Below the pieces are notes generated by a model. The model saw nothing but the letters and a program-made list of their open reading frames with translations. It did no database searches and was not told the DNA's origin. From Mayamaea pseudoterrestris (taxonomy: Eukaryota), in assembly GCA_027923505.1 (NCBI GenBank), contig BROI01000003.1, positions 496,001 to 560,000 on the forward strand: a stretch of 64,000 bases of DNA. The letters run 5' to 3'. This document shows, one piece after another, positions 12,901-23,449 of this stretch. Positions within the stretch are counted from its first letter, which is position 1. Every line of letters begins with the position of its first letter. A program made the position numbers and the translations under genes.

Positions 12901-13290
12901 GCTCGTTGTGACGTTATTGGTGCTTTGCGTAGCGTCGTAGCCATGGTAGGAATCGTTGAGGTTGTTTGCTTGCTCTTCAATTGATGTGTGGACTTTTTGT
13001 TCTGATTTACTTGGCTCGTCTTGTTTGTGGAATGGCAGACCCTTCCCGTCTTCTTGCTTTGTTTGCTCAAGTGTTTCAATGTTTTGAATTAAAGTGCTGA
13101 AGTGTTTCTGTTCTTGCTCGGTTGGAGTCTTGCTGTTGACAAATTCGTCTTCAAAGTCGCTTTCTTCTTCATCACTTGTGCTTGGGTCGCCGCATATGGA
13201 TGCCCAACTGCGTCCATTGAGATTCGACGATGGAAGATTTGGCTTTGGCTTTGGTGACTCACTCGTTGCGGACGACTTTGTTAAAGACAC
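6541..13290 (-). CDS. Copia Pol polyprotein (PR, IN, RT, RNase H) with long N-terminal extension
   Basis: PR FIGDTAAT; IN zinc finger HELCGH..CVAC plus YMD / RMDNAGE / LVE triad; RT KARITARG, LYGTKQA, HIDD; RNase H SDSDYA, TESE, MDN, ADIFTK. The frame is open up to 13500; the listed start is GTG. Confidence 0.92.
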   Translation of the reverse strand: MSLTKSSATSESPKPKPNLPSSNLNGRSWASICGDPSTSDEEESDFEDEFVNSKTPTEQEQKHFSTLIQNIETLEQTKQEDGKGLPFHKQDEPSKSEQKVHTSIEEQANNLNDSYHGYDATQSTNNVTTSSDTTEATNLESTATNANECDTHERTDNVTTSSTDKDSTPTTSPSIELKEEESVEELVATSFAQWRGDWLPKDFLTADELKEVEHLYPTFAPRISNNIPPQANSSDLPPFHVLQSVLFINPPLYELSDAVKVMFADLQEFFLEHIAMPHAFTHQEAIDSTRDRYYQYTGLRVWDTERVEIIMSNPGDEETNSDDATYDSDAYPSSQSYGSDSFTYEGYQAFLQAWEHRNQAPEHVVSRARYETTIEQIKKDEQDIETNPASAARLCMLERFSQRRFLKDLIFWFEEINEEDEEALFDERLKVVIDHAIAKEVKRRALEGTLRTRSTLEEDLRNVGLEFSKDLTTFNYLDQFPESEREAERQELLDLLAEREARDAREAAEQRARRYQPPARNSNQLQHESPNPFNALRYNVSANAYAVRRNNNNNEFALATIHESITCPTNLDILKHPEIFIGDTAATVDCTPHPEGLFDARQIRNEGITMGNQTVADIQTMAKLRVDACDRFGNPLYQGVLNNVAYAPDCAFNLFSITQRLATGWNLRSGNKKIWLEKENQHSIVFDLLIPTKRGHLYCMYLRRVIPMPLVQAPRNEFAMIAANLLPTRRLSYKQMHELCGHQSPQMTLAIAKHFRWEIHGSSKNKCVACAIGKAKKQPVPQISPRIRATEPGERLYMDLSSFRVMKSKSELGFSSIQPQWQLIVDEATGYKHSAMYRTKGEIVEPTCQMLYYLIQRGITVKYLRMDNAGENQALAKSMKSSAWKLPIEIEWTARDTPQQNSLVEIGFPTLTNRTRAIFTAQNIPPSIRFHLAPSAFEYSTDMDNLAIVEHKGTLATRFKHFYGTESPIIKNLHPYGEAVTVVISGLKSHLAPKGFQGIFVGYSKNHPSRCYRVFNPETNRVHDVKDVTFLHRPYFQPKPPRHEIVTTPLIDVISCSSNYSSLFSPHHHGNLPPPPAKSPDDKNKKKPTFHTKRILTRSTSLIDLTDHDTPEASEASPTNSIQSAPDTFNPTALTIYHPNANAPTSAQEEGTDILNTPQSPRAHTTIADRQANAIQRHIARFSSNHSRGSQSSRSSTRSTRSNPGGLRRTTRETRTPTRFDPTNPATFAAILAALDERFGNRTTLYNACDNGYDSDRSAESEYDKYCESDEQEFHRRPYDDQQDEESVSSNGSIPPLVPRNDDYSSAGDSEAPELWGNEDSFCLPTQDQRYEAAYEPSHERDDDSVSLNDSIPDLVPRADDHSSAGDSQAIELWDINADDDEYEEELTRANGRPAPQPAAPQASIETVITTRVSNVCSPTLQLGKGFNPDDHEDKTSILVTETQDESDESTNQQIDLPPEQLAIMADLLHVPSSTILDDTHTSVHDSPYQQENDHEDQQSFHSADLIPAEIHLNLDETSEPPNEPTNSTFEYFFRDMPSVPSSASIFYDASPIPTLGEFACVGAGIGGGFINTEELHTIKFKQAMGSPERPEWIKAIHKEKDNLIKHGTFQVVSRSMIPPRTKCMTSKWVLKKKSNGTYKARITARGYEQEDGIHYDSNKISSPVASPTSIKIVTTLAIMMGYEPHIFDISGAFLYGTFDEGHECYMHIPEGFQDDYPPNHVWLLKRTLYGTKQAARAFWDQLVKALRQIGFERSVADPCLFYKQDGDRHMHIVSHIDDLLLSGPPDMIEDTKKQLLQHFDGEDGGPMDEYIGCKIERGENYMRWTQPVLLQSLQDEFTIPPPKRQEACVPAQPGTVLPCVKEGDPSALSNNKQTTLRQGLGKLLYLARWSRPETLYAINDLCRAMKTGEEAHEKAMYRAIRYMCATPKRGRLFLPNREYTGPNHVFIISARSDSDYAKDPDKHKSHSGGITFLEGVPVAEVCRLQKHVSLSVTESEMSAGTDVIQDMLHTHAILQSIGLKVQLPMVLEMDNSGAIDIINSWKTGGRTRHVDVRHNFARELKEHGILLVKYIETKKNTADIFTKNLDLSTFNRHARILVGEDEYYKMDSMPEAIALQGKGAGIPVLADEQSNIEKDIDTVSAAPRHGTSRSRPHSYDGESRKSATGPNPTHFTVPEEFTTDNRRKTTTGTSNTGTGVHSECWASTERSRANTTSSEDYTANSVDRREPSRLRDGQYKMTRPVDNTHTYE

Positions 13291-13959
13291 TAATTCGACG
13301 GCTTGCTTCTTGTTGGTGGAGCATGACGTTGGTCTTGTGCGTTTCGTTCGAGTTGTTGGTGGAGCTGGAGGCTGCTCGATTGATGAATCGTCTTCATGTC
13401 TTTTGTGGCTGTAGACCGCGCCAGTTGGTTTGTGGATATAATGGCGACGGTGTTGGTGCTGCAGGAGTGCGAGTAGGGAGTGCTGGATAAGTCTCGTCGA
13501 CTAAGTCGGCATGTATGAAGGCAAATTCGCTCCTTGAGTTTGTAGAAGGTCAGATATCCGGCGGCTTGATGGTGTTGCGAAGAACGTGCGATGGGGTCGG
13601 AGCTTCGTGCCTGTCTGCCAGTCCTTTTCAAGATGGGCGCTCCCACCCTGGACATGGTTGGCGCTCTTGGGTTTGGTGTGCCGTCGTGGGGCGTTTTCGG
13701 CGCGGTGGTCCGCCTGCCCGGGTGTCCCTCGCGTCTTTTGCACATTTGAGCTTGCCTGTCATTTGAATTACGAGGACGCTCTCTTGGTGGATTCTAAACC
13801 CCGCTCTTGTTGCTCTCGTGCTTCTTCATCTTCCAATTGACGGCGGAGGCTTCGATTGACGGTAGTATTCCATCGCCTGAGGACGACGATGGGCGTTTTC
13901 GACTCGTTCAAAGCAGTCGGCACTTCGATGATACGGTTGATGGCAAAGGTAGCATTTAT

Positions 13960-14490
13960 GGCCCATGTGTGTCAACCTCAGGCAGTCCTTTGCACCATTT
14001 GAGACTCTGCCTGTCAATGGCATACCCTGGACATGCGACTGGCTCATCGGGTGTGGGTGGCCAGGGCATGGGGCGTTTGACAGATCAGAATGTTGTGGTG
14101 TTGGCCATACCCACCGTGGAGGCACGTGCCCATGGTGTCAGCCTCCAGGATCCTTTTGCACCATTTGAGACTCTGCCTGTCAATGGCATACCCTGGACAT
14201 GTTTGCCTGCCTCATCGTGTTTTGGTGGCCAGGGCGGGGCGTTTGACGGGGTCAGTCCGCGCCCCGCGGGCACCCTGTGTCCTCCAGGCAGTCTTTTTAC
14301 CATCTGCCTGTTAGCTCCCTGGACATGTTGCCTGTTCATTGGGTATTTGGGTGGCCAGGGCATGGGGCGTTGACGACAATGCTTGTGGTGTTGGCCATAC
14401 CCACCGTGGAGGCCGTACCCATGGTGTCCCGGCCTCCGAAAGTCTTTTTCGTTTGAGACTCTGCCTGTCAATGGCATACCCTGGACATGT
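13960..14490. repeat. Short tandem array, about 4 diverged units of 130-166 bp
   Basis: GAGACTCTGCCTGTCAATGGCATACCCTGGACATG at 14001, 14167 and 14455, with a degenerate copy near 14300. TGTGGTGTTGGCCATACCCACCGTGGAGGC and GGTGGCCAGGGC also recur. Confidence 0.85.
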
Positions 14491-14519
14491 TGGCCTGACT
14501 CTACAATATTGTGCCACCA

Positions 14520-15150
14520 AATTTGAAACTCACTCCTTTAGTACGAATATGTTGCTACACCTTCAGCCACATATGCGTCATGGGAGTGAATAATCAAACA
14601 ACCAAATGGCTACACATGTATCAACATCTGTCAACTACTGGAGGGAGTTGCCATGGGCACACACTTCTCAGATACCCCTGCACTCAACAATGGCCTTCCA
14701 AGACATTTGGATGCCAAGCTGCTCAACTCTAGGTCTGCATGAAAAACCCATTGATTCACTTTTAGCCAATGCCAAACAAAGGACAAGTCACTTCAACACT
14801 CATGCAATTCATCAATGATTGCTGCGCTCCATACAGTTTGTATTCAGATGGTGCAATGAAAGAAAATAGTCTGCTGATTATAGAGATCAATCAACATTTT
14901 AGGATTTGCAAGCACTGGGACAGTGAGCCAGAAAACCAGCAGCAAAATGCAATGGAACATGTTATTGGAGATGTTGAATGCACCATCAATGTCAACATGA
15001 ATCAAACCAAAACACCTGCACCAACCTGATTGCTTCACACTCTTTACATCATGTCACTACTTGCTCTTTTGGCATGCCTCCATTCCAAAAGGTATGCACT
15101 AAGACCCAACATCTCTGCCTACAAACATCTCTGCTTACCTTAATTTTCAT
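14520..15150 (+). pseudogene. Degenerate CoDi-type Copia integrase relic
   Basis: Fragments FSDTPALNNG and QFINDCCAPYSLYSDG...SEPENQQQNAME align by eye to the family A integrase (DFIRDIGAPDLLISDN...SEPGYQNQNPAE). Stops and frameshifts; visibly CpG-poor. Confidence 0.75.
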
Positions 15151-15499
15151 TGGTAGCAGCTTGTTTTGTATATTAATCAACAAGGTAGTTGATAGTTTTA
15201 GAGAAGCCTGTTGACAGGCCGCAAGGTACTTCAGCAGACACTTGAGACAGACTTGTTCAACAATGTTGATGTGTTGCATGAAAGAGAATTTTTAGCAGTA
15301 AGCGCTAGAAGACTCTGGTTAATAGTGTGGCTGAGGGCAAAGCAATGGAATGGATAGTGGACAGAATAATGATATAGATGACTCATGGGAGGGGAATTCA
15401 TAACACACCCTCATTGCAATCCATGAGAAGAGAGTTAGTTAAGCTCTGTAGCAGCAAGGTGCTCAAAGTAATTGGGAGTGGTTGAGCTGTCATGTAAGT

Positions 15500-15800
15500 A
15501 TACAGCGCAGATATTTTTAATATTGGGAAGTAGGGTGATGCTTAGATATGTAATTGTTTTTGATCAACGTGGTCTCTTATAACAGTAGAAAGGCACACCA
15601 AATGCTTTAGAGCATTTTTGTTTGATGGTGTCATAAGCAATGCCGGTGGCCATGGTGTTGTCAGTTTAACATGGTGTAGCTGGTTGAGCATGCCCCAATT
15701 CTTCAAATAGATGACAAATGGGACAGGCTTCCTTAGTGTTGTGAAAGAGAGTGCTGAGCTCGGCTTTGGCAGCACTGCAAAGAATTCCCGCATGACTTGA
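15500..15800 (-). pseudogene. Degenerate Copia RNase H relic
   Basis: An alternative frame reads CSAAKAELSTLFHNTKEACPI..EELGHAQPATP..TDNTMATGIAYDTIKQK, the Copia RNase H SSAAEAE / TDN pattern, with stops. Confidence 0.7.
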
Positions 15801-15880
15801 CAAGGGAAGTTATTAGCACCGTAACTAGCATTTTGTAGGATAAGACACCTTAAGGATAAATCAAGGTAAAGGACTGATCA

Positions 15881-16940
15881 TGACACGATAATATCAGACG
15901 AACCTTTATTCCAGCGACTACAATGGACTCGGAGCGATCAACCTCTTCGTCCAGCGTAAAGCAAACAAACAAACTCAATTGCTAGAATAGTGCATGTTAC
16001 TCGCTACTCTACTCGTGCGCTTCTTTCTCGTTCTCACTGGGTTCACGGTCGAGGTTCACGCCTCGATCGTCAGCGATTTCACTCATGTATGTGAGGATTC
16101 GGTCACAAGTGTGACTCAACCCTGCACAGGATTAAATGCATACAAAACACAGGTAGCTAACCGTCTTGTCATAAGACGCAGGTCAACTCAACTCAATAAT
16201 ATTGTGTCATCCCCCTTGATCTAGGCTTGTGACAACGATCGGTTTGCCGTATCACCCTTCCAGAAAAGAATCGGAATGATCAGGGGTCGGAACGTGGCAT
16301 GCGGCAAGAACTTGGTAAGAACGTCGGCGACGTTCTGCTTGCCGAAGATGTGCTCAAAGTACAGAACATTGCTTGCAATGGCCTCGCGAACTCGATGGTA
16401 GGCGAGCGCATTGTGTCGCTTAGAAAGTGTGGAGTGCGGGATCGTTGACGACTTCTTGACACTTTCGTTGTCGCCGAACATCCAGGCTGGTCCACTCAAA
16501 GGAACTCCCAGCATGCGCAGGGAGTATCGGAAATCCATAATCTGTTCCGTCGCCGTCTTGGCGACGACGAACTCGGATCCGTACGTTGCAGTCTCGACAG
16601 TATCCCTTGCATTGTGAAATGCGGGACTCCCATTGCGGAGCGTCCAGTGGTGTAATCATGGTACTGGTTCGCGTCCCAAAGTGTGTGCCAGGCTTGCCCG
16701 CTCGGGATCGGCATGTTCCACGGAGCTCTTCCGGCGAGTTGCCGTCATTAATCATACTTGGTAGGTTCCCCGTGATCGGCGATCTTCTCGGAACGATCCG
16801 ATCAGGGTACTCAGCTAGGTAACCGCCAGACTCTTGGCTCGGTCAGGTCGCGGCGCGAAGCGCCAGTGAGTCGGTAAATGTCATTCTGGCACAATAGATA
16901 TCAGAATCGACATAGAGGTCACTGCCCTGGAGGGCTCAAT
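15881..16940 (-). mobile_element. 3' fragment of Copia family A: 3' LTR 15881-16209, PPT, RNase H end
   Basis: 329-bp LTR with TGACAC...GTGTCA termini. PPT AAGGGGGA at 16217-16210. ORF 16221-16538 matches the C-terminus of 34837-37188. Sequence becomes indel-rich beyond about 16600. Confidence 0.9.
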
Positions 16941-18329
16941 AGTTTTCGTCATTATTGGCGTCATCTCATGTTGCGATTGCGTTGTTGCTGCGTTGCATTG
17001 TAAAAGGGATTCGTTGGACTGTTTGTGGCAGCGTGTGCAAGGGAAGGCCAACAGGCGACATCAAATCAAGGAGAGCCGTCGTTGCATGAGTGTTTCTCGC
17101 CGTGGGAGACTGTATGGATATTGCGAGTATGGATCAATTTCTCGATTCATTCTTCCACGATGATCGATGGTGAAGCGTGACGCTGCTGCCAAATGTAAGG
17201 AATGCTCAGCGGCAGCTGCAGCATTAAGGAAAGACTGTATTGTCTCGCCCTGCTGCTGCATCTGGCATGTGGGTCCGTTGTGAAAATGTTAGTTGGTTCA
17301 ATGTTCACTGCGTCGGCCCCGCTTGCTTCATCAAGTCCATGGCTGCTGCTGCTGCCTGCGGATACATTTGCTCTGGCGGTGGTGGCGGCTGCTGCGGATA
17401 ACAGTCCATTTTATACCTAGACGGCAATACCCCTTCTGCTGGAATCAATCGTTCCATATGCAAACCATGCCTGCAGCATCGGTTTTGTGGTGCTCTCCGA
17501 TTCTGCGTGTTCGCTCGTTGGTCGCCCTCTCTCGATGGACGTCTCGTCGAAATCGGAGGAATGTTTCGACGGCGGATTGAGAATTTCCGGCGAACGTTCG
17601 TCAGGCTATATTCAATGACTCATAATTATCATTGCCTTGACGCCAGCCTACGCCAGAGCATAATAAGATTGAATCCGTCCCTTCAAATCGGGCGTCAGAT
17701 CCTATATGGATCACTGTTTCGGCAGTCCAATAAGATGAGAGCCCGACTGTCAACGATACCGCTGACTGAAACAATGATTCACATCGACGTTCCGTCCCCG
17801 ACGAATCGAAGAAACCTTCCTTCACCTGCTTGAACAACGATCGGTAGTCGGCCATGAATACTAGGAGCCGTAGTCACAAGGAGAAAGACCAATCGCATTC
17901 TCTACCTAGTCGCATGCTATCATCGGCGCAAAGGAAGTTTACAATGAACAAGATAGCGTTCAAGGAATACAGAACATTTTGCTTGGATAAGAGGTACACA
18001 TTTATATACCAACCATTTGAACAATATGATTCCATCGGCGCACCATCACTTAAACCACCATGGCTGTGTGAAACCTATGGTCTATAACAACGTAGCCATT
18101 GGTGGAGCAAACAACTTTTGTTTGCATTGAGACAGCAACAGGAAGCAATAGTAATAGATAAGCCATCGGGCAGTACCCAAATAACTTGCGAGCAACTCGC
18201 GACATTAAAAGATTTGACACCAACTGCCCTGTCAATCAGCCGCATGCGTTCGTCCGCCGTGCGCACCATTCAAATCAGCACAATATTCAAACCAGCAGGT
18301 CAGTCGACCAGCTGTTAAAGCCACCAATG

Positions 18330-19030
18330 GCAGCAAACTTGGAAGACTCAAAAGGAACAGACTTGAGCAATTTACATCGAGCTAATTCTTAGTCGGTGAT
18401 GCAAGCCCCAGTCAAACAACATGATGGAAAGGCACGCGGCATCAACCACACTGCCGGTTAGAAATTGGACATGTCCAAGGTTGCTACACGCGTACTCCCT
18501 TGCATGAAAGACAATGAAAGACAACCATGCGCTTGAGAGGGAGAAGGGCTTCAAGACCAAGTGAGAGTGCACAGTACTCAGCTTCTATAGTTAAAAGGGC
18601 TTTCTTGGTCTGTAGCTGGAATTCCTAAACAAGCGGGCAGCTACCGAGAAGAATGATGTTTCCTGTACGAGAGCGGACTGCTGTAGCAGAAGGGTCAGGT
18701 TCCTGTTTATACAAACCAGCATAGTCGGCATCAGTATAAAGATCAAGATTGAAAAAACCATTTGGCTTCATGATGGTGCCAATAGTGTGGGATCACTTGA
18801 AATAACGGACAATCGTCTTAACAGCTCTTGCATGACTCTGCTTGGGACTGTGGTTCAAACACGCCACTTGACTGACAGCATAGGTAATGCCCGGGTGGGT
18901 ATTGATGGCAAGGTATAGGAGCATGACAACAACAGAAGGGTAGGACCAGCTTTCTTGCTGCAGGAGGCAAATGCACAAAGTGAATGCACTATACAATATC
19001 CATTTGTGACTGCCCGCCAGCAAAAGATTG
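18330..19030 (-). pseudogene. Degenerate Copia RT-end/RNase H relic of another family
   Basis: WSYPSVVVMLLYLAINTHPGITYAVSQVA..PKQSHARAVKTIVRY, then DLYTDADYAGLY...SRTG...TIEAEY, with stops. Confidence 0.8.
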
Positions 19031-19206
19031 TGGAGATCCGTTTTGCTTAGTCCAGTACAGCAACTGAAGTGCTGATGAAGGCAAAGGCAAGAGGAGGGAT
19101 GGAAAACAAATTCACCAAGGAGGTATGTGTGTTTTGCTTGTAGGGGTATCTGCCACTGTAGGTTGGTGTTTGGGAGTTAAGTAACATACCAGCCACTTCC
19201 TGGATC

Positions 19207-20796
19207 TGACACCGATAATATCAGACGAACCTTATTCCAGCGACTACAATGGATCGGAAACTTCGTCCAGCGTAGCTGAAACAAAACAAAACATTGCTAG
19301 AATAGTATGTTAGTACTCTACTCGTGCGTTTGTTCTCATGGTTCACGGTCGAGGTTCACGCTGATCAAGTCAGCGAACTCATGTATGTGAGGATTCGGTC
19401 ACAAGTGTGATCAAACCCCGTACAGGAAAACAAAACATGGTAGTTAACCGTCTTGTAAGAAGGTCAACTCAACTCAATATTGTGTCATCCCCTGATCTAG
19501 GTTGTGACAACGATCGGGTTTGCCGATCACCCAGAAAAGAATCGGAATGATCAGGGGTCGCCGTGACTGGTACGTACTTGCTGTCAAGTACATTAGAACA
19601 GCCATGGAGCTTGGCGATTGCCTTGGTAGACGCGCTCCAACTCAACCACCCATGGGGATGTTGGAACGTTCTGTAGTCCTTGTAATCTCGTTTCGTCTTG
19701 ACGTTCGAGAATCGACCCTTGGCATCTGCTTCCTTTTCGGCCTTCTCAGCCTTCATAATCTCGTTTTCGAGTTGCTTGGCAAGTAGCTCGGCTTGATTCT
19801 TCTTGGACTCGAGGATGTAGCGACCTTCTTCGCGCTTCCGACCAATTTCTTGTTTGGCGAGTGTATCTTGGTACCGTTTGAGCTTGCCTAAATCAAGCGT
19901 ATACCACTTCTTGGTGTTCGGGGCTCCATTGTGCATGTTAAACCATTTGCATGCATCGAGGATAAGGTTCACGTCAACTGGTGGTAGGCATGTTTCGTAT
20001 TGCTGCACTTGGACATCAGATGCTTGTTCTTCGGCCAGTTCGTCGGCCGGTTTGTCACCCGGCTGCGCAGCGTCGGGCTGCGCCGCTTCCGGTTGCTCTT
20101 TGCCTACTGGGATAGCAGTTCTTTCGACACAGTAGGGGGCTTCAAGCTGCTCCTTGGTCAATCTCAACATCTGTGTAGTGGTGGTTACTCTCCAAAAGAA
20201 GAACGCTTCTTGGATATCGCGTCCAAAAACGTTCAGGCAGAGCATCTGCAACGCTTCCGCAGTAACCGAAGCCATGATAGTGAATACCTTGTTTTCTGCA
20301 AGTCCTTACTCAAACAACAACCACTCTCAATGCAGTCAAGCCTTATACGATCCTTTCTACGCGCTTGTGCCAAGTATTCGGCCATTGAAGCGATCTGCTC
20401 ATTAATCTCAATTCTTTCACTCTCTCTCTCCCACAGCTCTCTAGACAAGCTAGCAAGACTGTTAATCTGACATGATAATATCAGACGAACCTTTATTCCA
20501 GCGACTACAATGGACTAGGAGCGATCAACCTCTTCGTCCAGCGTAAAGCAAACAAACAAACTCAATTGCTAGAATAGTGCATGTTACTCGCTACTCTACT
20601 CGTGCTCTTCTTCGTCGTTCTCACTGGGTTCACGGTCGAGGTTCACGCCTCGATCGTCAGCAATTTCACTCATGTATGTGAGGATTCGGTCACAAGTGTC
20701 ACTCAACCCTGCACAGGATTAAATGCATACAAAACAAAGGTAGCTAACCATCTTGTCATGAGACGCAGGTCAACTCAACTCAATAATATTGTGTCA
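19207..20796 (-). mobile_element. Internally deleted Copia family A copy (5' LTR 20468-20796, PBS, partial gag, pol tail, degraded 3' LTR 19207-19487)
   Basis: Clean 329-bp 5' LTR. Gag N-terminus is fused near 19560 to the last ~70 bp of pol and the PPT. The 3' LTR carries many small deletions. No matching TSD. Confidence 0.75.
19560..20275 (-). CDS. Gag N-terminal part of Copia family A (truncated)
   Basis: ATG about 190 nt downstream of the 5' LTR. Contains KRDYKDY...W..W...A..HG..NVLDSKYVP; a homologous degraded sequence lies at 45470-45850 in the full-length copy. Confidence 0.75.
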
Positions 20797-23449
20797 GCAA
20801 AGAAGAAGTGACCAGTGGATGCAACAAGGCAGACAACTCACCGATCAAGTCAAGGTCCTTTTGCTCACCAGTATCCAAGACCGAATTAATCAAGGATACC
20901 TTGACATCACGCCAGCCATGCCGTGATGAGTCACGAACGATTGGGACTAATTGCTTGACACACCGGTCAAACTTATTCGCTTCGAGGATGCCCTTTTCGG
21001 CAGCAAACATGACTGTGCCGAGGACGATTGTCAAGTGGATGTTGTGATGTTACCTTTGCCATGAGTGTCAATACGAGTTTACGTACTAAAGAAAAGTCAT
21101 AAGTGCATGGGATTTTGATCATTGGGCTTGCCCCGCATCAGCTATACTTGAACCTAACAGTAAATCTGGTGAACCTGAAACACATTTTTTGATTTCGTTG
21201 CCGATTTCTGACCTGTGAACTGTCTTGGTTTCTTTTGGCCTGTCTACAAAACGCATCAATGCGTTACTTTCTTCAGTGTCAATGACGCAAGCATAACTAT
21301 ATTCACCATTCATGATTTACAACCGCCCAATGAAACATTACCAGGGGAGCGAGGAGCGAGATGACAGTGTCCATTCACGCCAAAAAAGTTTAAGGCGAAG
21401 GGCAGGGGAAGTGGGGAAGTGGCTGCGGAGATGTATTCTCGTTGATGTCGCAGCTCAAAACCATGCCGACGCTTTGGTTGAAACGTGTCGATGTATGGTC
21501 CAGCTCACCTGCACGTTGATGAAGCAAATGAAAAGGAACCTTTACGTTTATTTTTGCCAGCACTGAATCCTCGCCAGGATGATAAGGTTGATCTGGCAGG
21601 GACTCCAATTGACCGCCTTTTCAGTTTCAATCGGACGAGGTTGAGGGCCAGGAGATAGACCTTCGAAAAGCATCGCCAGAAACGGTCAGTTTGTCTGTTG
21701 CGGCGCCTAACTTGTTTACTTTAGGCGCCTCGTTAGGAACTGCAACTTCACAATCGATAAATGCAGCGGCCGACAAATCGACTTGTCGGGCAATGTCAAA
21801 GGGGACATGATTTGGTGTAAGAATGGCGTTAACGGATGCTTCGCTTGTACCTCAAGCGCCAAGGAATATGATCAGTGTCGAAAGTAATTGTTGTGGGCTG
21901 TACAATCGATCTCAACAATCTTACAATAGACGGGTCCTAGCATGCAACCTAGATGACAACCTTTTTAAGCGTATCTTTTTTTCATTCACGTGGCCGAGTG
22001 AGCTAAAGGACAATGCATTAGTACCAGAGTGGCGTATGGAAATCAGCTAGTTGCATGATCTTTTGCAGCATCATGTCGAGAAGAACTACATCAGTATATC
22101 AAGCATGCCAAAATGGAAGCTCATTAGGGCAATCACGCTGGACATTAGTTGCGAGCAAGCAAGGGTCGCAAACAAGTAGACAACCAAGCTCACCACAAGG
22201 CCAGACGATTTTTTTGCTGAGGTTAGTGGACCTTACGTCGTTAATAATGGAGCTATTGATTTGGATTGGTGGGTCAGTACACGGATCGAGTATGATGATG
22301 CTTTACAACCATCTCTTGCAAAATCGAAAAGCAAGACTTCCAGCAGTGGATCCACAATGGTGCCGCACGAAATGCCTTTCAAGCTTTGTTGTTTGGTCTA
22401 TAAGGCATCAACAGAGCGAGTCATTTTTTATTGCATGTAGGGTTGATAAGTGGTTTATAAAGATACCATTTGCAAGCTAAATTTTGACGCGACCAAGCAG
22501 GTGCGATTTCAATGACGATGCCTTACCAGGGAAGCGATGCATCCTTTTCTTTAATTGAGGAAGGGGTCTCTTTACCTTCACGAGTTTTACGCTTGTTATC
22601 AGTTCCAGTGATCACAGCAATTTAAAAGCATCGATTGTGGAGGAAGGCAGTACGAGGATGAATTTGTGAGCGACAAATGCGTCCGGAGGGAGGCACTATC
22701 ATAGTTAATTATTTCAAGAAAGGTTCACACGCTGCATAGCTATGGGAGAACGAATTGGCAGCAGAGAAACGCAAACGAGAGGGCGGAGGATCTTAGCAAA
22801 ATTGAAGTGCCAGCAGTCAAGACCATATATAACTTGTCCGTTGTTGACGAAAACCATTGAAGGTGAGTGTAGCGGTCTAATTTTGAAATTACTATATTGC
22901 ATGGCACTGCGCATAGTTCTTATACCAGCTCTGTGACAAAGTTTTGTGTAAGAGCTTGAAACATATGTGGCACCTCACGGATGAGTCGCGCCACTGCCGC
23001 TGAGCCTACTTCGGTCTATCTATAAATCTTTGCCCGTTCGCTTTGTGCGCCACATGTTCGTTCGAATTGCATTGAAAAAACTCCTTATCCTTACACATCC
23101 GTCCTAGCGCTTCTCGGTCAACATCATAGCAGTGTCCCATGTAGCATGCATTGCTGCTGCACACTTGATTGTGATTTTCCTTATGCTTGACGATGTGGGA
23201 ACCACTGAGGAAGGCTGTATTTAGGTTGCTTCATCGAGGTATGGTCACACACACTGCCTTGTGCTTTTCACAACGTTTTACATCTTTGCCAACTACACAA
23301 AACGCTAGTTTTAGCGACGTGGCATAGACCTTATCATATAGGGTAATGACATTGCCATGTGACGCATCGATGATGCCAGTAGTGCCCGGTACCCAGTGCC
23401 CGGAAGCTGTGCGTGCTTCTTTTGGTGGTCAGTTGTTGATTGCATGTAA

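Larger units (their letters stand above)
6124..13960 (-). mobile_element. Ty1/Copia LTR retrotransposon (family B), 5' end and 5' LTR not found
   Basis: PR-IN-RT-RH domain order in a 2249-aa ORF. PPT AAGGGAAGGG (6941-6932) is followed by TG. CCHC knuckle upstream at 13913-13954. Both boundaries are approximate. Confidence 0.85.

Noticed and set aside
16950..18320. Short ORFs between Copia fragments
   Set aside because: No long frame, motif or convincing splice pattern; left unannotated.
20800..23440. Possible decayed gene or DNA transposon left of the satellite
   Set aside because: Only short ORFs, with no transposase motif or terminal repeats that I could identify.
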